Positions 17,871 through 26,994 of a stretch of 63,917 nucleotides of DNA are shown in pieces. Made by a program: the position numbers and the translations under genes. This DNA comes from Candidatus Dormiibacterota bacterium (GTDB taxonomy: Bacteria > Chloroflexota > Dormibacteria > Aeolococcales > Aeolococcaceae), in assembly GCA_049283735.1 (NCBI GenBank), contig JBAPWO010000138.1:1-63917 (forward strand). Reading direction: 5' to 3'. A model generated the notes under the pieces. The model did no database searches and was not told where the DNA came from. It worked only from the letters and a program-made list of their open reading frames with translations. Each line of letters starts with the position of its first letter. Position 1 is the first letter of the stretch.

Positions 17871-18899
17871 GTGACCGTGATCACGTGCGCGCTCGGTCCG
17901 GACGCAGCCGGCACGGTGCTCATGCAGGTCCTGCGCGGTGCGCGTCGCAGCATCGACGCGGCGATCTACGAGGTCGGGCCTTCGTACCGGTGGGCGCTGG
18001 TCCGGGCGGCCGAGCGGGGGCTGCGCGTCCGCCTGGTGCTCGACGCGCATATCTCTGACGGCAATGGCGCAACCGCGCGGGCCCTGATCGCCGCCGGCGG
18101 GGAGTGTCGCGTGGCCGGGCTGGGAGCGGACTCGGCACACGGAAAGCTGCTGATCGTGGACTCCACGGTGGCTGTCGGTACCGGAAACCTCATCTGGCGG
18201 GACGCGCCGAGAGAGCGCCACCGTCGGTTCCATCCGGGCGGCTCACTGCTCGCGGGGACGCGCGAGTGGTGGGTGACCGCAGCCGGGTCGGGGCGGCTGC
18301 ATCGCGCCGCCGCCGAGGCGTTCCGTGCTCACTGGACCAGGTCGACCGCGCCCCCTCAGGCCTGGGAGGCGGCTCCGCAGCGGGTGGCGCCGCCGATCGG
18401 CACGCCGATGCCCCAGGTTGCGCCGAGGATCCTGTGCATGGCGCCGCGCCGGCTTCGCCTGGTCATTGGAGGAACGGAGGTGGGGCAGACGCTGGGGGCG
18501 ATGATCACCGCCGCCCGCCGGCGGGTGCTGGTGACGGTCCCGTACGCGCATCCCAGTGCCCTGCCGGTTCGCGACCTGCTCGATCGGATGACCGAGGCAT
18601 GCTCACGCGGGGTCGCCTGCGCACTCCTGCTCGGCGGCATTCCTGGCCCGAACGATGCCCACGCGCTGACCGCATTGCCGTTCCCGATACGCCGGATGGA
18701 CCCGGCTCGCTCCACCTCGGGCCATGCCAAGGGCATCGTCGTCGACGCCTCGGCGCTCGTCTCCTCGGCGAATTGGAGCGCATCAGGCCTCGGCGGCAAC
18801 TGGGAGGCCGCGCTGCGCATCGAGCACCCCGGCGCGGCCGCCTACTACGCCGCCGCCTGGCGCCGCGATTGGGAGACGGGGCTCCTCGTCGAGGTTTGA
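17871..18899 (+). CDS. Phospholipase D-superfamily protein with two HKD motifs
   Basis: 342 aa, GTG start. HKD 1: HGKLLIVDSTVAVGTGNL. HKD 2: GHAKGIVVDASALVSSANWS. Confidence 0.75.
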   Translation: MTVITCALGPDAAGTVLMQVLRGARRSIDAAIYEVGPSYRWALVRAAERGLRVRLVLDAHISDGNGATARALIAAGGECRVAGLGADSAHGKLLIVDSTVAVGTGNLIWRDAPRERHRRFHPGGSLLAGTREWWVTAAGSGRLHRAAAEAFRAHWTRSTAPPQAWEAAPQRVAPPIGTPMPQVAPRILCMAPRRLRLVIGGTEVGQTLGAMITAARRRVLVTVPYAHPSALPVRDLLDRMTEACSRGVACALLLGGIPGPNDAHALTALPFPIRRMDPARSTSGHAKGIVVDASALVSSANWSASGLGGNWEAALRIEHPGAAAYYAAAWRRDWETGLLVEV

Positions 18900-18928
18900 C
18901 GCCGGAAAGGCCCGGCTATTCTCTTCGG

Positions 18929-21709
18929 ATGCCCGACGTCGAGCCACCGGGGCCCTCCGACCCCGCTCCGGCCGCTCCCGGACCCGCCTCGCTGACGCTC
19001 CCGGCGGTCCCGCTCCGGGACAACGTCGTCTTTCCTTCGCAACTTGCGCCGCTTGCGGCCGGCCGGCCTCGTTCGGTCGCCGCCCTCGAGGCAGCCGTCA
19101 ACGGAGACGGGCGGGTTGTTCTCGCCATCCAGCGCGATGCGGAGCGTGACGAAGCCTCGATCGACGACGTGCACACGATCGCCGTCATCGCCCATGTCGG
19201 CGCATTCCGGCGGCTGCCGGGCGGCGGCGCCCACGCGCTCGTCGAAGGCAAGGAGCGCGTGCGCATCGATGCCTTCGACGCCTCGGGTGATGCCTGGATC
19301 GCGACGGTCACGCCGATCCCGATCGAGACCGTCGAAGGGACGGAGGTGGACGCGCTCTTCGGATCGGTCCGCACGCTCTTCGCCGAATACGTCAACGCGG
19401 GCGCTCAGGTCGGCGCCGATACCGCGGTCGCGATGGCCCGCGCCTCCCAGCCCGAGTTGATCGCCGACATCGCCAGCACGTGTCCCGATTTCGGATTCGA
19501 CGATCGTGTCGCCCTGCTGCAGGAGACCGACACGATCGCGCGCCTGCGCAAGCTCATCCCGCTGCTCGCGCGCGAAGTCGAGGTCGCGCAACTGCGCACC
19601 AAGATTCACGAGGACGTCCAGAAGACGATCAACAACTCGCAGCGCGAGCACATCCTTCGCGAGCAGTTGCGCGCCATCCGCAAGGAGCTGTCCGAGCTTG
19701 ACGACGCCGGCGAGGATGACGAAGACCTGAGCGCCCGTGTGGAAAAAGCCGGTATGCCGGACAACGTCAAGCAGCGCGTCCTCAAGGAAGTCCATCGCCT
19801 CGAGCAGATCCCGAGCGCCTCACCCGAAATGGGCATGGTCCGCACCTGGGTCGACTGGCTCCTTGACCTCCCCTGGTCCGACCCACCTGCCGAAACGCTC
19901 GACATCGAACGCGCCGCCGCGATCCTCGACGAAGACCACTACGGCCTGACGAAAGTCAAGGACCGCATCCTCGAATGGCTCGCCGTCCGCGAACGCATCC
20001 GAGCCAAGAGCATCGCCGAGCTCGCGGCAGCAGAAGCTGTGAAGGCAGAGTCAGAGCGTGCAGCTCCGGCTGAAGCGGGCGTTGGCAGCGAAGACGCCGC
20101 CCAGGAGGCGGATGGCGTTGCAAGCGAAGATGCAATCCAGGAGGCGGGTGGCGGAGCGGGGGGAAGCGCCGATCGCAGGCCGGGCAAGCCACTCAGTGCA
20201 CCAGACACGCAAGACGGGTCAGACCCGGCTGGAGAGCGGCGAGGGGTCCCCGCTCCGACAGGACCCGCCGCAATCATGCCGGCGCCCACAGGACCCGCCG
20301 CACTCCACACAGCTCCCAAGAGACGCACCTTGCAGACCCCGATCCTCTGCTTTGTAGGCCCCCCCGGCGTCGGCAAGACGTCGCTGGGAAGGTCCATCGC
20401 GCGTGCGCTCGACCGCAAGTTCGTGCGCATGAGCCTTGGCGGAATCCGCGATGAGGCGGAGATTCGAGGTCATCGTCGCACCTACATCGGAGCATTGCCG
20501 GGACGGATCATCCAGTCGATGCGCACGGCCGGGACGCGCAACGCGGTCATCATGCTCGACGAGATCGACAAGGTGGGCGCCGACTTTCGCGGGGATCCGT
20601 CGGCGGCATTGCTCGAGGTGCTCGATCCGGAACAGAACTGGGAATTCAGCGATCATTATCTCGAGGTCCCGTATGACCTGTCGCAGGTGCTGTTCATCAC
20701 CACCGCGAATATCGCCGAGACCATCAGCCCTCCGCTTCGCGACCGGATGGAGATCATCCGCATCACCGGATACACCGAGCAGGAGAAGGTCCAGATCGCG
20801 GAGCGCCATCTCGTTCCCCGACAGCTCGATCAGCATTCACTCGACGCGAATGAGCTGACGATTCCACGCGACACCATCGTTGCGATGCTCCATGGATACA
20901 CGCGCGAAGCCGGTGTCCGTCAACTCGATCGCACCATCGCCGAGGTCGCGCGCAAGGTGCCGCGCAAGCTCGCTGCCGGTGCGACACCTCCCGTGGTCAT
21001 CAGCCCCGAGGACCTGTCCGACCTTCTCGGTCCACGGCGGCACGACTACGGCGAAGCGCAGGAACAGGATGAGATCGGTGCGGTCACCGGGGTCGTGGTG
21101 AGCGAGGTCGGCGGCGACATCATCACCGTCGAGGCGCTCGCGATCGAGACCAAGCCGGACCTGGTGCTCACCGGGCAACTCGGCAGCGTCATGGAGGAAT
21201 CCGCCCGCGCCGCGCTGTCGTGGGCGAAGGTTCATGCGGTCGAATACGGCGCGCCGCGAGATTTCTTTGACACCCATGCGATCCACGTGCACGTCCCCGC
21301 CGGTGCGATCCCCAAGGATGGTCCGTCGGCAGGAGTGACCATGGCGACGGCGATGGTGTCGGTGGCGTCCGGCCGCCGGGTGCGGCGCGACCTCGCGATG
21401 ACCGGCGAAGTCACCTTGCGCGGCAAGGTGCTGCCCATCGGCGGTGTCAAGGACAAGCTGCTCGCGGCGCATCGCTCCGGGTTGAAGACGTTCATCCTGC
21501 CCGCCAAGAACGTGCGCGACCTGTACGAAGTCGACAAGGAGATCCTCGACGCGATCGTGGTGGTGCCGGTCGATAACGTGGGCGAGGTGCTCGACCGCGC
21601 CCTGGTCGAGTCGGACGCGCCGCGCCGGCGCGAGCGTCGGGGTGCGGGGTTCGTGCTCCCGATCACCGCTGCTGACGTCATAGGCCCGATCAACGCCGGC
21701 CCCGCCTAG
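18929..21709 (+). CDS. lon: ATP-dependent Lon protease (LonA architecture) with a large insertion before the Walker A motif
   Basis: ATG 18929 inside track ORF 18104..21709. LON N-domain (PLRDNVVFP). AAA+ motifs: [17 protein letters not shown]. S16 protease motifs: DGPSAGVTM (Ser) and the [12 protein letters not shown] region (Lys). Confidence 0.9.
   Translation: [926 protein letters not shown]
20078..20149 (+). repeat. Imperfect 36-nt tandem duplication inside lon
   Basis: ggcgttggcagcgaagacgccgcccaggaggcggat (20078-20113) followed by ggcgttgcaagcgaagatgcaatccaggaggcgggt (20114-20149). They encode [12 protein letters not shown] / [12 protein letters not shown]. Confidence 0.8.
20258..20302 (+). 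repeat. 15-nt direct repeat with 30-nt period inside lon
   Basis: acaggacccgccgca at 20258-20272 and again at 20288-20302. It encodes PTGPAA twice. Confidence 0.8.
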
Positions 21710-21719
21710 TCTTTCGGTC

Positions 21720-22373
21720 GTGACCGACACGCTCCGCGACCTCGTCGAGCTGGCAATCGTCGTCGATCCCACGTTCGATCAGAACTGCTACGTGCTGCGC
21801 CGGCGCGACACCACCGATGTGCTGATCGTCGACCCTGGATTGCAGCATCCGCAGGCACTCGCGCTGCTGGAGCAGCGTGGATTGCGCTGTGATCGGATCC
21901 TGCTCACCCATGGTCATCCCGACCATGTGAGTGGGGTTCCGGCCGTCAAGGCCGCCTTCGGATGCGCGGCCGCGATCCATCCGGATGATCGCGAACAACT
22001 CGAGGCGGTGCATTATCTTCCCGGCGTTCCCGACGACCTTCCCGATGTGGTCTGCGAGGAGGATCTGAAGGACGGCGAGATGCTTCGCTGGCACGGCCTC
22101 GACATCGAGGTGGTGCACACGCCGGGTCACACGCGCGGATCCGTGTGCTTCCGGATCGGACCGGATCTGCTCTCCGGCGATACGCTCTTCAACCGGGGTG
22201 TCGGTCGCTGTGATCTGCCCGGCGGGTCATGGCCGGCGCTCGTCTTTTCGATCGAGCAGCGCATCTACACGCTGCCTCCTGAGACGGTCGTCTACCCCGG
22301 GCACGGGCAGCGGACCACGGTGGAGGAGGAGATGCGCGCCAACCCGTTTGTGGTGCATCCGCGATACCGCTGA
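21720..22373 (+). CDS. MBL-fold hydrolase, hydroxyacylglutathione hydrolase (GloB)-like
   Basis: 217 aa, GTG start 10 nt after the lon stop. THGHPDH motif, and HTPGHTRGS. Confidence 0.8.
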   Translation: MTDTLRDLVELAIVVDPTFDQNCYVLRRRDTTDVLIVDPGLQHPQALALLEQRGLRCDRILLTHGHPDHVSGVPAVKAAFGCAAAIHPDDREQLEAVHYLPGVPDDLPDVVCEEDLKDGEMLRWHGLDIEVVHTPGHTRGSVCFRIGPDLLSGDTLFNRGVGRCDLPGGSWPALVFSIEQRIYTLPPETVVYPGHGQRTTVEEEMRANPFVVHPRYR

Positions 22374-22410
22374 TCCCGGGAGCGTGTGCTACGGTGATCG
22401 GGAGGGGGCG

Positions 22411-23043
22411 ATGAGAATGAGCTACATCACGCGTGCAACACTGGCGATCGGCGCCTGCGCTGTCATGGGCGCGACTGCCGGATGCGGCGGCGATGCAACG
22501 GTCGCAAACACAACATCGGACCCCGCCGCCGGGCTCCCGTCGGTATCGGCGTCGCCCTCCGTCTGTGCCAATCCTCAGGTCACCTCCGCGACGTCTCCAG
22601 TCATCAGGCTCGCGCTCACTGTCAGCGATCTTCCCGCCGGTGGACCGCCGCTGGAACAGATCAGCGACGGTGAGATGAACAAGACAGCGAATACCGATCA
22701 ACGTGGATTTGCAAATACCGGCAACACCTATCGCGTCGAGGATGACGTCGTGCTCGACACCTCGACACAGGCGGCGGGCGCGGACTATCCGCAGTTGCGC
22801 GATGCGGTGAAGGCGCAGTTTGCGACGCTCACGAGCACATCGTCGCCGGCAACGCTCGGCTGTCAGGCCGATGAGTTCGCGGGCAAGGCATCGACCGGCT
22901 ACAGTCAGGTCGGCATCGCGTTTCAGGACGGCGATGTCATTGTTGTGGTTCTGGTGGTCAACTCCGCGGGTCCGGTCGATGCAGCGTTCGCCGCGGCGGT
23001 CGCATTGGCGCAGGATCAAAAGATCGTCGCTACGGCGAGCTGA
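22411..23043 (+). CDS. Putative lipoprotein of unknown function
   Basis: ATG 22411 with GGGAGGGGG upstream, inside track ORF 22198..23043. Signal peptide ending in a lipobox-like ATAGC. No family recognised. Confidence 0.6.
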   Translation: MRMSYITRATLAIGACAVMGATAGCGGDATVANTTSDPAAGLPSVSASPSVCANPQVTSATSPVIRLALTVSDLPAGGPPLEQISDGEMNKTANTDQRGFANTGNTYRVEDDVVLDTSTQAAGADYPQLRDAVKAQFATLTSTSSPATLGCQADEFAGKASTGYSQVGIAFQDGDVIVVVLVVNSAGPVDAAFAAAVALAQDQKIVATAS

Positions 23044-23046
23044 TCG

Positions 23047-23628
23047 TCAGTCGGTCCTCCCCAGGCGCTCCAGGAGCTCGTGCAGGATCGCGCCGGTGAC
23101 GCCCCAGATGACGCGACCCGACGCCTCGTAGTAGTGCACCCGCCCGCGCACGCCGTTGCGTTCGACCTCTCGAACGGTGTGCGGCGCGGTCATGAGGTCG
23201 GCGATATCGATGCGAAACCATTCCGCGATCTCGAAGTCGTCAGTTCGCAACTCGATCGGGCCGCGCTGCAGCCCGACGACGGGCGTGAGCCAGCGACCGG
23301 ATACCACCGTCGAGAAGGGGGAGAGGACGCCGAGAACCTCGACGCTGTCTGGTCGGATGCCCAGCTCCTCCTCGGCCTCTCGCAGTGCCGTCGCGATCAC
23401 ACCGTCATCGACCATCTCGGTGCCGCCACCCGGGAACGCGATCTGACCGGGGTGGTGGCGAAGCTCCTCGGAGCGGAGCACGAAGAGCAGCGGCACCCCG
23501 GGCGTCGCCGGATCGCACAGGAGCAACACCGACGCCGGCCGGAGACCGTCAGGCGCGATCTCCACCAGTTCGCGCGGATCGCGGACCGCCATGCGGAGTC
23601 GATCGATGATCGACGCCGCGGTTGTCAC
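23047..23628 (-). CDS. Nudix hydrolase, CoA pyrophosphatase type
   Basis: Track ORF 23047..23808. GTG 23628 or ATG 23592 is the likely start. CoA-type motif LLFVLRSEELRHHPGQIAFPGGG and an intact Nudix box ALREAEEELGI. Confidence 0.7.
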   Translation of the reverse strand: MTTAASIIDRLRMAVRDPRELVEIAPDGLRPASVLLLCDPATPGVPLLFVLRSEELRHHPGQIAFPGGGTEMVDDGVIATALREAEEELGIRPDSVEVLGVLSPFSTVVSGRWLTPVVGLQRGPIELRTDDFEIAEWFRIDIADLMTAPHTVREVERNGVRGRVHYYEASGRVIWGVTGAILHELLERLGRTD

Positions 23629-23678
23629 CGGGCGACCCTGCAGCCTGCGCACCGGGTCGAGGCCGTACGCTTGGATCG

Positions 23679-23969
23679 ATGACCACCGGAACGCCTGCTG
23701 AGACAAAGCCTCGACGACGCTGTGCGAAATGTGGTGGCGAGTTGCGCTTCTCGCACCGCGAGTACGCCGGCCGGAGAACGTCGGCCGCTGTCCTGCGTTG
23801 TGCCGCATGCGGTGACGTGATCCATGACGCAGCGCGTGAGACCGTCCAGGCGCCGCAACGCCATACGTCGAAACGTCATCGCGATCTGGACGAGGGCCCT
23901 CCTCCGAACCCGGTCATCGATCCGGACCTTGCCGCGCGGCTGCTGGAATCGAGCGGCGATCCCGGCTGA
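23679..23969 (+). CDS. Small zinc-ribbon protein (CxxC...CxxC), unknown function
   Basis: ATG 23679 inside track ORF 23622..23969. CAKCGG...CAACGD. It fills an otherwise roughly 340-nt gap between two minus-strand genes. Coding status is not certain. Confidence 0.4.
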   Translation: MTTGTPAETKPRRRCAKCGGELRFSHREYAGRRTSAAVLRCAACGDVIHDAARETVQAPQRHTSKRHRDLDEGPPPNPVIDPDLAARLLESSGDPG

Positions 23970-23970
23970 C

Positions 23971-24777
23971 TCATCGTCCCGCGGTCGCGGTCGCGCGCCC
24001 CGCCGGTGCGAAGCGCTCGAACCACTGCAGAACCTGGGCATTGACGGTGTCGCGGTCGACATCGACGGAGATCGCGTGGCCGCTTCGCGGCAGCATCGTC
24101 AGCTCCACCGCAGCGCTGCCGATCAGCCGTCGCGCGATCTCTCGCGCGCAGCGCGGATCGATGGATCGATCCCGTTCGCCATGCAGGACCAGCACCGGGG
24201 CGCGGATTTCGGCGAGCTCCTTGCGGACTGCGGCGCACAGGCGGCGGAGCTCGTCGATGCTCCGCGTGGGACGGAGGCCGTAGCTGTACAGCTCCTCGAC
24301 CGCGTCGGGGTGCCAGAGGTCGACGTCGTCGCCCGCGCGGTGCCAGCGCACCACCCGTTTGATCACCGGCAGCAACGGCGCAAGCGGCCCGCTCAACCAG
24401 ATCGGCGCCGCAAGCGACGCGACCGCGCGGACGCGCAGATCGCGCGCGGCGAGGTGGAGCGCGAGCGTCGCACCCATCGACTGGCCGGCAACCACAACGT
24501 CGTCGCACTCGGAGGCGAGATCGTCGAACGCCGCCGCGACACTCGCCGCCCAGTCCTGCCAGCGCGTCCCCTCGAGATCCTGCGGGGTTGTGCCGTGACC
24601 CGGGAGCACCGGTGCGTGGCACGTGAATCCGTGTGCAGCGAGCGTCTCGCCGAGGCGGCGCAACTCGGGCGGGGTACCCGCGAACCCATGGATCAGCAGC
24701 GCGCCCCGAGGGCCATCACCGAGGTGCCACGGCCGGACCGCGTCAGGGTCGAAGGGCGCGAGCGTGCGGGCGGTCAT
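23971..24777 (-). CDS. Alpha/beta hydrolase (carboxylesterase/monoacylglycerol lipase-like)
   Basis: ATG 24777 inside track ORF 23971..25050. HGFAGTP oxyanion region, and nucleophile elbow GQSMGA. Confidence 0.8.
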   Translation of the reverse strand: MTARTLAPFDPDAVRPWHLGDGPRGALLIHGFAGTPPELRRLGETLAAHGFTCHAPVLPGHGTTPQDLEGTRWQDWAASVAAAFDDLASECDDVVVAGQSMGATLALHLAARDLRVRAVASLAAPIWLSGPLAPLLPVIKRVVRWHRAGDDVDLWHPDAVEELYSYGLRPTRSIDELRRLCAAVRKELAEIRAPVLVLHGERDRSIDPRCAREIARRLIGSAAVELTMLPRSGHAISVDVDRDTVNAQVLQWFERFAPAGRATATAGR

Positions 24778-24830
24778 GACTTCGAGTATATGGATCGCCC
24801 TCGCGAGCCTCGGTGCTACCGTCGCCCGCC

Positions 24831-25859
24831 ATGGGCGAGGAGGTGATGCGACAGGCGCTCGAGACGGTCGTGGCCGGCCGCTCACTGGATGTTCCGACAG
24901 CTCGGGCGGTGATGGACACGATGATGGAGGGCAAGGCGTCAGCAGCCCAGGTGGGGGCGCTGGTTGCGGCGTTGCGCACCAAGGGCGAGACGGTCGATGA
25001 GCTCGCGGGCATGGTCGAGTCGATGCGAGCCCATGCCACACCGGTCCCACTGCAGGTCGATGCGGTGGACACCTGCGGCACCGGTGGGGACGGTGCGGGG
25101 ACGTTCAACATCTCGACCGCCGCGGCGCTGGTTGCGGCGGGCGCCGGATGCCCGGTCGCGAAGCATGGCAACCGCGCGGCGTCATCACGGTGTGGCAGCG
25201 CAGACGTGCTCGAAGCACTCGGCGTCGTGATCTCCCTCTCGCCGCAGGGCGTTCGCCGCTGCGTGGAAGAAGCCGGGATCGGCTTCCTGTTCGCTCCCGA
25301 CTTTCACCCGGCGTTGCGCCACGTCGCCGGCGTTCGTCGCGAGCTCGGCATCCGGACGGTTTTCAACGTGCTCGGCCCACTCGCGAATCCCGCTCGGGTT
25401 CGCCGTCAGTCCCTGGGTGTTTCGAACGCGAGGCTTGCGCCGATGATGGCCGAGGTGCTGCATCGATTGGGACACGTCCACGCGCTCGTCTTCACGGGCC
25501 CTGACGGCGTTGACGAGCTTGGTGTTGCCGGGAGCGCGCGATGCTACGAGGTGACGCTCGAAGGCGTGCGCGATTTCGTCCTCGACCCGCGCGATGTCGG
25601 GCTCGAGGCGGCCCCGCTCGACGCCGTGCGCGGCGGTGATGCCGCGGCCAATGCCACAACCATCCGGTCAGTTCTCGACGGTGAGCGTGGACCGCGTCGT
25701 GACGTCGTGCTGCTCAACGCCGCGGCGGTTCTGGTCGCGGCCGACCACGTGACGACCCTTCTCGATGGCGTCGCCGTCGCCGGCCGGTCGATCGACTCCG
25801 GAGCCGCGGGGCGCGCATTGGAGCAGCTCGCTCGGGTCTCGCACGAGGTGGTCGCGTGA
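24831..25859 (+). CDS. trpD: Anthranilate phosphoribosyltransferase
   Basis: ATG 24831 in track ORF 24813..25859. DTCGTGGDGAGTFNISTAAALVAAGAGCPVAKHGNRAASSRCGSADVLEALG. Confidence 0.9.
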   Translation: MGEEVMRQALETVVAGRSLDVPTARAVMDTMMEGKASAAQVGALVAALRTKGETVDELAGMVESMRAHATPVPLQVDAVDTCGTGGDGAGTFNISTAAALVAAGAGCPVAKHGNRAASSRCGSADVLEALGVVISLSPQGVRRCVEEAGIGFLFAPDFHPALRHVAGVRRELGIRTVFNVLGPLANPARVRRQSLGVSNARLAPMMAEVLHRLGHVHALVFTGPDGVDELGVAGSARCYEVTLEGVRDFVLDPRDVGLEAAPLDAVRGGDAAANATTIRSVLDGERGPRRDVVLLNAAAVLVAADHVTTLLDGVAVAGRSIDSGAAGRALEQLARVSHEVVA

Positions 25860-26551
25860 GCCGTGCGTCATCGCTGCTCAGCCTTCAGCAGATCGACGAT
25901 CGGATCGCGACGCTCACCTCCGACATCGCCGCGCTCGAAGCCTCGCTCCGGGGTGATCCCGAGCTCGATCGCCTGCGTGCCGCCGAGGCCGCGGCGCACG
26001 AGGAACACCGGACGCTCGGCGCCGGTGCGAGGCTCGCGGAGCTCGAGGCGGCCTCGCTGCAGGCGCGCATCCGCGAGCTGGACCGCCGTTTGTACGGAGG
26101 CACGGTGCGCAACCCCGCCGAGCTCATGGAGATGCAGCGCGAGCTGGAGGCGATGCGTGCGAGACTGTCCACCGCTGAGGACGACGCTCTCGAACGCATG
26201 GAGCAGGTGGATCTGTCGCTCGCGAACCTGAAGAGCGCATCCGCCGGCGTGGCCGCGCGTGAATCGCAACGAAGCAGCGCGATGGAACCGATGCGCGCAC
26301 GCCTCGCATCCCTGATGGCCGAGCGCGTTGTCCTCACCGCCGAGCGCGATGCGCTCCGCGCCGAGGTGGACCCCGGCGATCTCTCGCTGTATGCGCGAAT
26401 CGCCGCTCACCGTCGCCCTGCGGTTACCGGACTTGCGGGGGAGTTCTGCGCGGGGTGCCACATGCCGGTGTCGAACGAGGAACGCCGTGCGGTGCGCACC
26501 GGGACCGGTCTCACGCAGTGCGCGAACTGCGATCGGATCCTCGCCCCGTGA
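25856..26551 (+). CDS. Coiled-coil protein with C-terminal C4 zinc ribbon (COG1579/DUF164-like)
   Basis: 231 aa, GTGA overlap with trpD. Long heptad-like region, then CAGCHMPV...CANCDRIL. Confidence 0.75.
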   Translation: MSRASSLLSLQQIDDRIATLTSDIAALEASLRGDPELDRLRAAEAAAHEEHRTLGAGARLAELEAASLQARIRELDRRLYGGTVRNPAELMEMQRELEAMRARLSTAEDDALERMEQVDLSLANLKSASAGVAARESQRSSAMEPMRARLASLMAERVVLTAERDALRAEVDPGDLSLYARIAAHRRPAVTGLAGEFCAGCHMPVSNEERRAVRTGTGLTQCANCDRILAP

Positions 26552-26994
26552 CCGCGACCGTGATCGCCTACACCGACGGCGCCTGCTCCGGAAACCCGGG
26601 TGCCGGCGCATGGGCATACCGGATCGAGTGGCCCGACGGCGCCATCGACGAAGCCGCCGGTGGTGGCCTCGAGACCACCAACAATCGCGAGGAGTTGAAG
26701 GCGGTCCGCGAAGCGCTGCTGCGCATTCGCGCGCGCATCGGTGACGATCCCGCGTGGCGGATCGTGGTGCGCACCGACAGCCTCGGCGTCATCAACTGGC
26801 TCACCGGGTCGTGGAAGCGCAAGAAGAATCTCGACCTCTACCCGACCATCGATCCGCTCATCGACAGCCGGGTGCGATTCGAGCACGTGCGCGGTCACAG
26901 TGGCAATCCGGGGAACGAACGCGTCGACAGCCTCGCCGTGGAGGAGACGCAGCGGATCATGGCCGGCCGCGCCGGCGGAGGTGGTGCGCGATGA
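26548..26994 (+). CDS. rnhA: Ribonuclease HI
   Basis: GTG 26548 (GTGA overlap) in track ORF 26455..26994. YTDGACSGNPG, TNNREEL, VRTDS, HSGNPGNERVDSLA. Confidence 0.85.
   Translation: MTATVIAYTDGACSGNPGAGAWAYRIEWPDGAIDEAAGGGLETTNNREELKAVREALLRIRARIGDDPAWRIVVRTDSLGVINWLTGSWKRKKNLDLYPTIDPLIDSRVRFEHVRGHSGNPGNERVDSLAVEETQRIMAGRAGGGGAR

Noticed and set aside
18104-18928. 275-codon N-terminal extension of the Lon ORF, which would give a 1201-aa protein overlapping the PLD gene
   Set aside because: The extension is Arg/Gly/Pro-rich and overlaps the PLD gene in another frame. The Lon N-domain homology begins right after ATG 18929.
17871-21709. PLD protein plus Lon as a BREX/DISARM-like defence fragment (DrmC-like PLD, BrxL-like Lon)
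   Set aside because: The Lon here has the full housekeeping LonA architecture (LON N-domain, AAA+ and S16 domains). No methyltransferase, PglZ, helicase or other defence partner is present.
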